The translations under genes and the position numbers were made by a program. A stretch of DNA of 64,000 nt. Source: Anthoceros angustus. Taxonomy: Eukaryota > Plantae > Anthocerotophyta. Of the stretch, positions 36,790 through 47,900 are shown piece by piece. The stretch covers positions 558,001 to 622,000 of the forward strand of contig VJWM01000068.1 in assembly GCA_010909165.1 (NCBI GenBank), written 5' to 3'. The notes under the pieces were generated by a model, which saw only the letters and a program-made list of their open reading frames with translations, was not told the origin of the DNA and searched no databases. How positions within the stretch are numbered: the stretch's first letter is position 1; each line of letters opens with the position of its first letter.

Positions 36790-38310
36790 ATGAGGCCCGT
36801 GTTTTGTGGGAACTTTGAGTATGATGCTCGACATTCGGAGATCGAGCACATGTTTTGCAAGTTTGGAAAAGTTGATCGGGTGGACATGAAGACAGGTCTG
36901 ATTCCTCCCCGTTGAAAGCGGCTGTTGCGTTTGTGGCTAGGTCGTGGTCGTGCCAGGTTTAGGATCCCGCGGCAGGTTGTGGTGCAGACGGCCCCGGGGA
37001 GTAGTTGAGATGCTTGAGTGGTTTTTAGCTGATTACATGGTTGTTTCTGTGGGTGTGTACCCGGCATACTCAAGAATCGGTGTGGTGCAGGCGTATGCTT
37101 TGAGCATAAGTGCTCTTGCTGGTTGCTGGACTCCTGTGTGTGCCCATCCCACATGATGCCAACATTTTCTTCGTTAAGAGAGTCACTTGTCATACAATGC
37201 ATCCACAGACCTTTCATCCTGTCGTGTATCATGCAACGTGCTTCCTGACATCATACCTTTTTTGCAGCAATCAACATGCCAGGTGTAGTGTTAACTACTC
37301 CCTTGTCTGCTGGTGTTGTCACGCCTCTTGTGAAGATGCCTGCTAACGGAGTGATTTGTTATTTGCTCTTGAGCTTCGATTTGATTCAATGGGTATTAGC
37401 TGTTGTTTGGAAAAGCAGGTTTCGCGTTTGTCTACATGGATGATGAGCGGGACGCGGAAGACGCTATCCAAGCTTTGGACAATACCGAGTTCGGTCGACA
37501 ACGGCGTCGGCTGCGTGTGGAGTGGGCTAAGGTCTGCCACCTTCTTCTAATAGGTCAACAGTCATCGTTCCTGATGCCGCTTTAGGTGATTTAAAGGAGA
37601 GTGAATGCGCTGCAGCAAGGTGACGGTGCAATCAGACGTCGAGAGGATGCTAGACGGAGCATCACCAAGCAGAGGCCTACGAAGACATTGTTTGTTGTCA
37701 ACTTTGATCCTATCAACACTCGAGTACGGGACTTGGAGAGACACTTTGAGCCGTATGGGAAACTAGTGCGTGTGCAGATTCGAAAGAACTTTGCATTTGT
37801 ACAGTATGAAACCCAAGATGAGGCAACCAAGGCTCTGGACTGTACCAATCTCAGGTAGAGTTGCATCCGCATCTTCTCCTCTTGTCAACTTAGGGATGGC
37901 AGGGTCCTTAATTGTTTGCCCCTCTTCGTGTGTTTCAGCAAGGTGATGGACCGAGTAATCACTGTGGAATATGCTGCCCGAGAAGACGGTGATCCCCCTT
38001 TGGGTGGCTACGGTGGCGACAGACGTTCTCCAAGATCCCCTAGTCCTCGCAACGGTGGCCGAGCCCGTGGCAGCCCTGATTATGGGCGTGCTAAGAGTCC
38101 TTCCTATGCTCGACACCGAAGGTTCGCTTGTGCTGTCCATGCACTTGCACTCCTTTTTTCATGCTGGTCTCCTCGCCTTGAGTGCTCACCATTGGTCTTT
38201 TTTGTTTAGTGCTCACCTTTGGGTTGTTCCACTTGTGCAGTCGGTCACCAGCAAGACGATACCGTAGCAGATCACCAGACTACAGACCATACCCTGCAGG
38301 GCACAGATGA
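36790..38310 (+). CDS. Plant-specific RS-subfamily SR splicing factor (RS31/RS40/RS41 type), two RRMs + RS domain
   Basis: Exons 36790-36895, 37419-37531, 37616-37854, 37939-38121, 38241-38310. [25 protein letters not shown]; RRLRVEWAK; [13 protein letters not shown]; [11 protein letters not shown]-like; SPDYGR and RSRSP. Confidence 0.96.
37091..37282 (+). promoter_or_regulatory. Candidate alternative (poison) exon in the long RRM1 intron of the RS gene
   Basis: The 523-nt intron is far longer than neighbouring introns. It has an internal TGCAG acceptor (37090), a CCAG|GT donor (37283), in-frame stops, and the position known for conserved unproductive splicing in RS-subfamily genes. Confidence 0.55.
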
Positions 38311-38812
38311 TGCAGCCCTGAGCCACCAAGTTTTGAGTTACTCAAACCTCTGCTCCTGTGGTGGGTGCAGCCTTTTTCCATGTGGTGTTGTGGGCGTGTA
38401 CAACCAGCTCTCTAGGGTATTCGCCGGAGTGTTGATGCCAAGCGCGTGGTGAGGTGTCTCAATATATTTTTTGCGGGATTGACGGGGATAGAAGGGTGGA
38501 AGAGGAGTTGCACTTCAGTTTCTGGGCTTCACAATCTAGCAAGATGACCAGGGATTAGAAACTCCAAGCTGGAAAGGGTTCACAAAATTCATCAAACTGT
38601 CCTATGCTGGATTAGATCAACGATTCTCCTCTTACATATTTTTCTGTGTATATTTGAAACCTACCGACGAGGAGTCACAAATAACTTCACGCCTTGACAT
38701 ATCGTCCCCTGCCATGTCAACTCTCTGGGATAACCCCTTTCGTGTGGCTGTGAGGATCCTTCAAATTCTGTTGGCCAACGCGAGAGGGAGAGACGGCCGC
38801 CTGGAATCGGCG

Positions 38813-40929
38813 ATGGCGGCTCAGCTCCCCTCTTGGCTCGCGGCTGCGTCCCTCGGCCGCAGCTCCACCTTGACGACGCACAGCTCCGGCAGCATCCGGT
38901 GTGGCGGATGGTGTCGGGCAGGGAAGAGGAAGCCCTGCGTCGTCGCTGCGGCGGATAATGACGCGCAGGAGAGCAAAGGCCTCTTCAGCTTTGTCACGGA
39001 CAATGAGTCCAGCAGGACGGCCATTCAGCTTCCTAACACACCTGCCCAGGATGGCAACTTGGGACAAATGATCACCGTGAGCACGCATTTTTTGAATTGA
39101 GCTATGATCCGGATTATCGGCTTTGGGGCAGGCTGTTTGCTTCCTGCTGCTCTTTTTCATTCTTCTGCTTGGATGTAGGCAATAGAGAACAAGGGGAGGG
39201 ATTTTGGGTCCTATGTTCGTGCTGGCGAGTTCAAGTGGTTTGTGCGAGAAACTGGTACTTTCCGTGGAAAATGTCAGAATGCGCAGTGCGGATGGTGAAC
39301 TTTGGCGCCTCGTTTTGCTGACCTGGTCCAGGTGTTTGGTTCTTGAAGGATCGGGAGCGGCGAATAAGGGGACTGTGGTGCTTTTGCATGGCTCTCCAAC
39401 GCAATCCTACAGTTTCCGAGTGGTGATGAGTCAGGTCTGCTGTCCGCAGATGTACCTGATCCTAGCCCTCTGTGCCTTTTTCTCTTCGTCTTATCTGCTA
39501 ATAATTGCTGTGAATCAGCTCGCTGAAAAGGGGTACCATTGCTATGCCCCTGACTGGATTGGCTTCGGGTTCAGCGAGAGACCACAACCAGGCTACGATT
39601 TTGCTTACACTGGTTTGTCACGATGCCAATCTTGCCGTTCCAGTTATGACTGCTCAGTAGACTGCAGTTGTGATGTTGTGGCAATGTCCATTGATAAAAG
39701 ACTCTGGTTCGTATTCTGATTTTGCTAGGTATTCTCATGATCAAGTGCTGCAGAGGAAGCTTACCATGAGGAATTGGATAAACTGCTGGCGAGGTTGAAT
39801 GTGACGTCGCCCTTCTTTCTCGTCGTTCAGGTACCGTTGTAGGCATTCCGACTGACGGCTTGCTACCATCCTTCTTCAGGTTCAACCCTGGGTGTCTGAA
39901 TGTTTCTCTTCAGAATTGCAGGGATTCATCGTGGGCTCATACGGACTTACATGGGCCTTGAAACACCCTTCCAGGGTTTCCAAGATTGGGATCCTCAATT
40001 CTCCTCTCACCCCGTCGGCTCCACTGCCAAGTATCTTTCAACAGCTGAGGTAGACGATCTGACCAAGTGGTGAATTGTCCGTTTTGACAGACGATCTTTT
40101 CAGAATTTGACTCCTTACGAAGTGCTTTTTTGCAACTTCCGTTCTAGAATCCCATTTGTGGGGGAGTTCACATGCCAAAATGCTGTCCTACCGGAGCGGT
40201 TTGTCGAAGGTGGCAGCCCGTATGTTCTCACCTCCAATTATTTGTTTCATCTGCGATCTGTGTCTCTCCATCTTTTTTCTCATCCAGTTTTGCATGGTAC
40301 AGGTACGTTTTGGAGCTGGATGACGCAGATGTTTACAGGTTGCCATACTTGGACAGTAGTGATCCAGGATTTGGTGAGACCTCGCTCTAAAATGCTTTCA
40401 GTTGTCGTCGTGCGCAAGTTTAACCAGGATGTCATTTGACTTTGTTGGTATGTTTCAGCACTACTGGAATCCTCGCGAAAAGCTCCTCTGAAGGACTTGA
40501 CTAAACGAATCAGTGAAGGATTCGCTAAAAAGTGCGTTCAAACCAACGGCAAACCTCCTTTCTAGTGTTTTTTTTTGTTTCTCTGACTGTCAAGGTTCTC
40601 TACTCTTGTGTGACGCAGCTGGAGTGTGCCCGTGATTGTACCATGGGGCGTAGCCGACAAGTATTTGCCTGTCTCGGAAGCTGAAAACTTCGCATCCAGG
40701 AACTCCGAGTGCATCAAGGTGAAGTTCTTGGAGGCTGCTGGCCATCTGCCTCAAGAAGACTGGTAAGCCGATTGACAGACCAGGCCACCTGCAAACTTTA
40801 GAGTCTCATCGGCCAACGCTCACTATCGTTTTGTTTTTTCCTTTTTTTCCCTTTCTACGTTACTCACGTGTTGTTACACACATTTGTAGGCCCGAGAAGG
40901 TGGTGGAGGCGCTCTCCGGTTTCTTTTAA
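38813..40929 (+). CDS. Chloroplast alpha/beta-hydrolase fold protein (haloalkane-dehalogenase-like, At1g52510 type), multi-exon
   Basis: Transit peptide; FVTDNESSRTAIQLP..DGNLGQM; WFVRETG; LLHGSPTQSYSFR; APDWIGFGFS; VVQ/GFIVGSYG; IPFVGEFTCQNA; ADVYRLPYL; GHLPQEDW/PEKVV. TAA at 40927-40929. Confidence 0.92.
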
Positions 40930-41599
40930 AAGGACTGGTCTCACAGCAAACAAAGTTAAGCGTTATGTGATGGTTGCGACATCAGCTCGGAGCAGCTCGA
41001 GATCTGAATTAACCTTTTGAATTTTAGTACCGAGCCATGCCCTCACCTGAGCCCTCTACCTCCACCTGATGCTGAGTCCGGTTTTTGTATTGCCCTGCGG
41101 GCCCTTTAAATTAAGTGAATGTAAAATATGATCAGAAAAGATTGGAAATCTGTGGAGGCAAACTTGCGAGAAACCATGGCAGACTTGTAAGATCAATAGC
41201 GACCTTGAAGACATGGCTGGAACATCAACTGCAAACTTGGATGCAAAGATTGGATAAAATGGACAGGTTGAAGCTGAAGGTATGGGCGAGAGAACGAAGG
41301 TGAAAATGGAGGCAAACTGGCGAGTTCAGGTTCAAGTTTGTTAAAAATGTCTTGAGAAAATGGAGGTAAACTCGCAAGTTCAAGTTTATTAAAAATGTCT
41401 TGTGCTGAAGAACTATCTCGAGGGAGTTCGCCTAGGGACAACCACGAAGTACATATGCCAATGTATCCATTAAGGATATTGACAGACATCCAAAACTTGG
41501 ATGCAAGATTGAGTTCCTAAATGAACATCCAATAGTTTCAGATGCAAGATTGCGTTCCAAAATGAATATCCAAAAAATAGTCATCCAACAAATGAGGAC

Positions 41600-41995
41600 A
41601 AACATCCAACTAATAAGAACAAACATCTAACTAACGAGGGCAGACATCCAAGCTCTTTGACATCCAAGCCCTCAAAGAGCCGATGCAAAAGTACCTAACT
41701 AACGAGGGCAGACATCCAAGCTCTTTGACATCCAAGCCCTTAAAGAGCCGAGGCAAAAGTACCTTTCTGTCGAGGATAAAGTATGGTGGAACAGGTACTA
41801 ACGAGAGCAGACATCCAAATAATGAGGGCAGGCATTCAACTAACAGGGGCAGACATCCAACTAGTGAGGGCAGGCATTCAACTAACGGGGGCAGACATCC
41901 AACTAGTGAGGGCAAACATCCAACTAGTGAGGGTAGACATCCAACTAGTGAGGGCAGACATCCAACTAATGAGGGCATACATCCAACTAACGAGT
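41600..41995. repeat. 21-bp minisatellite CATCCAACTAGTGAGGGCAGA (left arm; resumes at 59308-59360)
   Basis: Tandem units at ~41800-41995 with related units from ~41600. The same unit reappears directly after the TG..CA element (CGAGTGCATACATCCAACTAACGGGGGCAAACATCCAAC). Confidence 0.9.
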
Positions 41996-44900
41996 GTGTT
42001 ATTCCCCATCATACTGACATCGTACAGGGAGCGGGCGAGGGAGCGGCGGGAGGGAGGGAGCGAGCGAGGGAGGGAGCGAGCGGTGAGGAGGGAGGCGGTG
42101 AGGAGGGAGGAGCGGTGAGGGCGCGGTGAGGAGGAGCGGGCGGAGGGAGCGGCGGGCGGTGAGGAGGGAGCGAGCGAGCGAGGGAGGGAGCGAGCGGGGA
42201 GGGAGCGAGCGAGCGAGGGAGGAGCGGGCGAGGGAGGAGGGAGCGGTGAGGAGGGAGGAGCGAGCGAGGGAGGGAGGAGGCGGAGGGAGGGAGGCGGGCG
42301 GTGAGGAGGGAGCGGGCGGTGAGGGAGGAGCGAGCGGCGCGGGAGGGGCGGGCGGAGGGAGCGGCGCGGCGCGGGCGGCGGCGCGGCGCGCGGCGCGGCG
42401 CGCCGGGCGCGGCGGCGCGGGCGGGCGGACGCGGCGCGGCGGCGCGGCGGCGGCGCGGACGGTGGCGCGGAGCGGGCGAGGCGGTGAGGCGGCGCGGACG
42501 GGCGGCGGGAGGGGCGCGCGCGGGCGCGGCGGTGAGGCGGGCGGGAAGTGCGCGCGCGGGCGCGGGCGGCGCGGCGCGGGAGGGGCGCGGCGCGCGCGGC
42601 GCGGCGGGCCCGGGCGGAGGCGGCGCGGAGGCGGTGCGCGGAGGCGGCGGCGCGGGCGGGCGGTGAGGGCGCGGCGCGGAGGCGGGGCAGCGCGGAGCGG
42701 CGGTGCGGGCGGGCGGTGCGGCGGGCGGCGCGGCGGTGCGGCGCGGCGCGGCGGTGCGGCGCGCGGCGCGGGCGGCGCGAGGACGAGGTGAGGGCAGAGG
42801 CGAGGGCCCGGCAGTCTGCCGCGGACCGGCCGCCCGGACGGCAAGGCCCGGGCGGTGGTAGGTGTGCCTCGGAGGTAGGGTGGGCGGGTTGGCGGTGAGG
42901 AGGCGGCGCGGACGGTGGCGCGGTGCGGGCGGCGGCCGGGCGGGCGAGGGCCCGGGTTCACGCCGCTAGTGTGCCACCGAGTTGCGGCGGTGCGGCGCGG
43001 TGCGGCGGTGGGAATTTATTTTTCCCAATTTTGTTCGGCCTTTCTAGTGGTGGATTTCCTACCCCGCCTTTTGGGTTGCGAGTTGCGGGCGCTAGTTTGG
43101 TGGGTCGGCGGTGGTTACGTGGGTTGCCCTCTAGGCGAGCTCTTTGGCCGGCCTTTTGGGGTTCGCCATCACGGAGCTCACACTGTATGTCCGTAAAGGC
43201 CGGGTCATTTGTCCCGGTCCCGGTACCTCCTCGGCCCCTGCCGCCCGATCGGGCGCTTATGGTTCTTTTAGTACCTTCCCAATGGGGCGGTCTACACCTC
43301 TGGATCGATAAGGACACGGAGTGTCCCGTCTGCTCAACTCTCTGCGGTGTCGAGGGGTGAAAACCCACATTGGGCACATGCATAAAGATTTCACCGACTA
43401 CTTGGGCTGCCCAAGTGCACATTGCGACCTCCTCCGCCTCAGCAGTGCTCCGGCCCAAAGATCGCCCATCGTGGGGTACCTCTTCCGGAATGGTTGCGGG
43501 GTCAGCTGGATCACATACTTGGGATGTTTGAAACCCGCTTTCCATGCCCGCGCATCTTCCGCAGCTCCCCGCCACCTTCATGATGATGCCCGTTTGGCGT
43601 TCCGTCTTCCCTTGGATCGCCTTGCGCTCGATCCCAAGGACGAGTTAGCTTGGTGCCTTCTCCTGCTTCTCCCCCGGTGGTGCCTTCGGTGTTCTAGGGG
43701 TGGGGCCTGGGCACCGGAAGTTGCTAGCCGCGCCGGGCCGGTGGATCGGGCATCCCTCCGTGAGGAGGCTTTGCGTCTTTGCCAAGGCTCGGGCGGAATC
43801 CGCATGCAGCTTGAACAGTCCCGTAATGCAACCAACTCGCTGCTGTAAGCCGCTTGGCTGCAGTGAGTATGTCATACGCTGTGGCTCTTCGACCCTCCCT
43901 AGCCCCCGCTTGAGGAGACCATTGTTGCCCTCCGTGCCTCCATCCAGCCTCCCAAGGATGCCATCCCCGGACATATCTCGACCACGTCCGGAGGATCCCT
44001 TCTCTCTGACCGGCTTTTGCTCGCTCTCTACGACCCCACGCCTTTCATCCGCCGGTTGTCGTGAATGGTGTTTGAACACCTCGGGGACCTTTTTCTCCTC
44101 AAGATCCATCTAGCGGCTTCCCGTAGCTCTTTTCTGCAGCTGCGGTGGCTCGGGGTGAGACGCCCACCGGATTTCCCATGTTCTTGCGGCTAGCGGGCTT
44201 GTCGCTATGGACAAGCCTCGCCTCAGCAGGCGCCCACTCGCGGTCGGCGAAGCCTTCATGCGACTACTCACCGCACTATTGCCCTTCGCCGCCTCTCTTC
44301 TTCAAGAAGACCTCAACCCCTTCAATTTGGCATTGCACCCGGGCCGTGAGTCCGTGGTGCTTGGAGTGAAGGCATGCCTTGATACCCACCCGAGTGGGTG
44401 GTCTTACAGTTGATGTCGAGAACGCCTTCAATACCATCTCTAGGCGCCATCTTCGAGGAGCTTAGGGATGCCGGGCGCCTGGGAGCCTTATACCTTTTGT
44501 CCGGTGCTTCTACGGAGGTCCTCCAACCTCTACTACCAAAGACAAGAACGCTCTTCGTGGATTTGCCTGCCTTGAATCGCCATGTGTACTGTGCAAGGCG
44601 ACCCCTAGGCGGTGCTCTCTTCGCCATTACTCACTATAGGGCCCTTTCTAGGCCGCCTCTCTTCCCGGCTTTCACAGGCTCGGGGCGGTCTACACCTCAC
44701 ATCCCTGCCCGGGACAAAGTTAAGGAGGCCTTTGAGCTCTTCTCTCATGAGCTCGTGGGCTTGAAGGTCAAGCCGCCCAAGTGCCGGGTCTCCGCTGGGA
44801 TTCTACCTACTTTGCAATTTCTCACTGGGAGATTGCTCCGGCCTGGATCATGGATTCTAGGGGTCCCTCTGCCTCGACTTCATCGGAGCTTCTGGACCAG

Positions 44901-47900
44901 CTCGCAGAGGACCTCTCCCATGTCGAGGACCTCCCTTTCTTTGGAGGATGCACAGTGGCCTTTGGAATTCTTTCCTCCTGTTTTGCTAGGCGCCTGTTAC
45001 CTCATCCGCCGGTTGTCGTGAATGGTGTTTGAACACCTCGGGGACCTTTTTCTCCCGAAGATCCATCTAGCGGCTTCCCGTAGCTCTTTTCTCCGCCGGG
45101 TTCACGCTAGTGTGCCACCGGATTTCCCATGTTCTTGCGGCTAGCGGGCTTGTCGCTATGGACAAGCCTCGCCTCAGGCGTCGCCCACTCGCGGTCGGCG
45201 AAGCCTTCATGCGACTACTCACCGCACTATTGCCCTTCGCCGCCTCTCTTCTTCAAGAAGACCTCAACCCCTTCAATTTGGCATCACACCGGGCCGTGAG
45301 TCCGTGGTGCTTGGAGTGAAGGCATGTTTTGATACCCACCCGAGTGGGTGGTCTTACAGTTGATGTCGAGAACGCCTTCAATACCATCTCTAGGGGCGCC
45401 ATCTTCGAGGAGCTTAGGGATGTCAAGGGCGCCTGGGAGCCTTATACCTTTTGTCCGGTGCTTCTACGGAGGTCCTCCAACCTCTACTACCAAAGACAAG
45501 AACGCTCTTCGTGGATTTGCCTGCCTTGAATCCACATGTGTACTGTGCAAGGCGACCCCTAGGCGGTGCTCTCTTCGCCATTGCTCACTATAGGGCCCTT
45601 TCTAGGCCGCCCGATCGGGCGCTTATGGTTCTTTTAGTACCCTTCCCAATGGGGCGGTCTACACCTCACATCCCTGCCCGGGACAAAGTTAAGGAGGCCT
45701 TGAGCTCTTCTCTCATGAGCTCGTGGGCTTGAAGGTCAAGCCGCCCAAGTGCTGTCCGGGTCTCCGCTGGGATTCTACCTACTTTGCAATTTCTCACTGG
45801 GAGATTGCTCCGGCCTGGATCTGGATTCTAGGGGTCCCTCTGCCTCGACTTCATCGGAGCTTCTGGACCAGCTCGCAGAGGACCTCTCCCATGTCGAGGA
45901 CCTCCCTTTGCCGGAGGATGCAGGTGGCCTTTGGAATTCTTTCCTCCTGCTTTGCTAGGCGCCTGGTTACCTCATCCAGACCGCCCATCCTCGACACTTT
46001 TGTCCCTACCGCGGTTTGATAGGAAGATTATGGATACTCTCGGGGACATCCTGGCCTGTGGGCTTTTGAGTGCCCTATGGGCGATCCGCTCACGGCAAGC
46101 GTCCCTACATGCAATTTGAGGCACAGTTCCGCCTGGAGGTCTCTTCCCGGCTTTCACAGGCTCGGGGCTTTTGCTCGGCTCTGGGGCTGCAGTTCTAGGG
46201 GTGGGCTTGGGCATCCCTCCGGAGGAGGCTTTGCGTCTTTGCCAAGGCTCGGGCGGAATCCGCAGTTGGAGCAGTCCGGGTAATGCAACCAACTGCGTCG
46301 TTGCAAGGCTTGGCGGCGGTGGTATGCTCATGTTGCCGGGCTCTTGACCCTCCCTAGCCCCCGCTTGAGGAGACCATTGTTGCCCTCGTGCCTCCATCCG
46401 GCTCCCAAGGATGCCATCCCCGGACATATCGACTACGTCCGGAGGATCCCTTCTCTGGATCGGGCGGCTTTTGCTCAGCTCTCTCGACCCACGTCTTTCA
46501 TCGGGTTGTCGGGAATGGTGTTTGAACACCTCGGGGACCTTTTTCTCCCGAAGATCCATCTAGCGGCTTCCCGAGCTCTTTTCTGCAGCTGCGGTGGCTC
46601 GGGGTGAGACGCCCACCGGATTTCCCATGTTCTTGCGGCTAGCGGGCTTGTCGCTATGGACAAGCTCGCCTCAGGCGTCGCCCACTCGCGGTCGGCGAAG
46701 CCTTCATGCGACTACTCGGCCGCACTATTGCCCTTGATTGCGCTCTCTTCTTGACACCTCAACCCCTTCAATTTGGCATTGCCACCGGGCCGTGAGTCCG
46801 TGGTGCTTGGAGTGAAGGCATGCCTTGATACCCACCCGAGTGGGTGGTCTTCTGAGTTGATGTCGAGAACGCCTTCAATACCATCTCTAGGGCGTCATCT
46901 TGAGGAGCTTAGGGATCTTGGCGGCGTTGCAGGAGCCTTATACCTTTTGTCCGGTGCTTCTACGGAGGTCCTCCAACCTCTACTACCGGCGTCTCTTGAG
47001 TTCTTGTCTACTGTCTTGGAATCGGCCACAGTGCCGGGCAAGGCGACCCCTAGGCGGTGCTCTCTTCGCCATTGCTCACTATAGGGCCCTTTCTAGGGCC
47101 GCCCTCCGGGACCCCTCCATCCCGACACTTTTGTCCGTGGCGACTCTCACATCCCTGCCCGGGACAAAGTTAAGGAGGCCTTTGAGCTCTTCTCTCATGA
47201 GCTCGTGGGCTTGAAGGTCAAGCCGCCCAAGTGCCGGGTCTCCGCTGGGATTCTACCTACTTTGCAATTTCTCACTGGGAGATTGCTCCGGCCTGGATCA
47301 TGGATTCTAGGGGTCCCTCTGCCTCGCCCACCTGGAGCTTCTGGACCAGCTCGCAGAGGACCTCTCCCATGTCGAGGACCTCCTTTGCCGGAGGATGCAC
47401 AGTGGCCTTTGGAATTCTTTCCTCCTGTTTTGCTAGGCGCCTGTTACCTCATCCGCCGGTTGTCGAATGGTGTTTGAACACCTCGGGGACCTTTTTCTCC
47501 TCAAGATCCATCTAGCGGCTTCCCGTAGCTCTTTTCTCCGGGTCCGCGGGGTGAGACGCCCACCGGATTTCCCATGTTCTTGCGGCTAGCGGGCTTGTCG
47601 CTATGGACAAGCCTCCTGTGCTCTCGGCGCCCACTCGCGGTCGGCGAAGCCTTCATGCGACTACTCACCGCACTATTGCCCTTCGCCGCCTCTCTTCTTC
47701 AAGAAGACCTCAACCCCTTCAATTTGGCATTACACCCGTGAGTCCGTGGTGCTTGGAGTGAAGGCATGTTGATACCCACCCGAGTGGGTGGTCTTACAGT
47801 TGATGTCGAGAACGCCTTCAATACCATCTCTAGGCGCCATCTTCGAGGAGCTTAGGGATGCCGGGCGCCTGGGAGCCTTATACCTTTTGTCCGGTGCTTC

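Noticed and set aside
41999-42961. Arg/Gly/Pro-rich ORFs
   Set aside because: Result of the GC-only low-complexity tract lacking stop codons.
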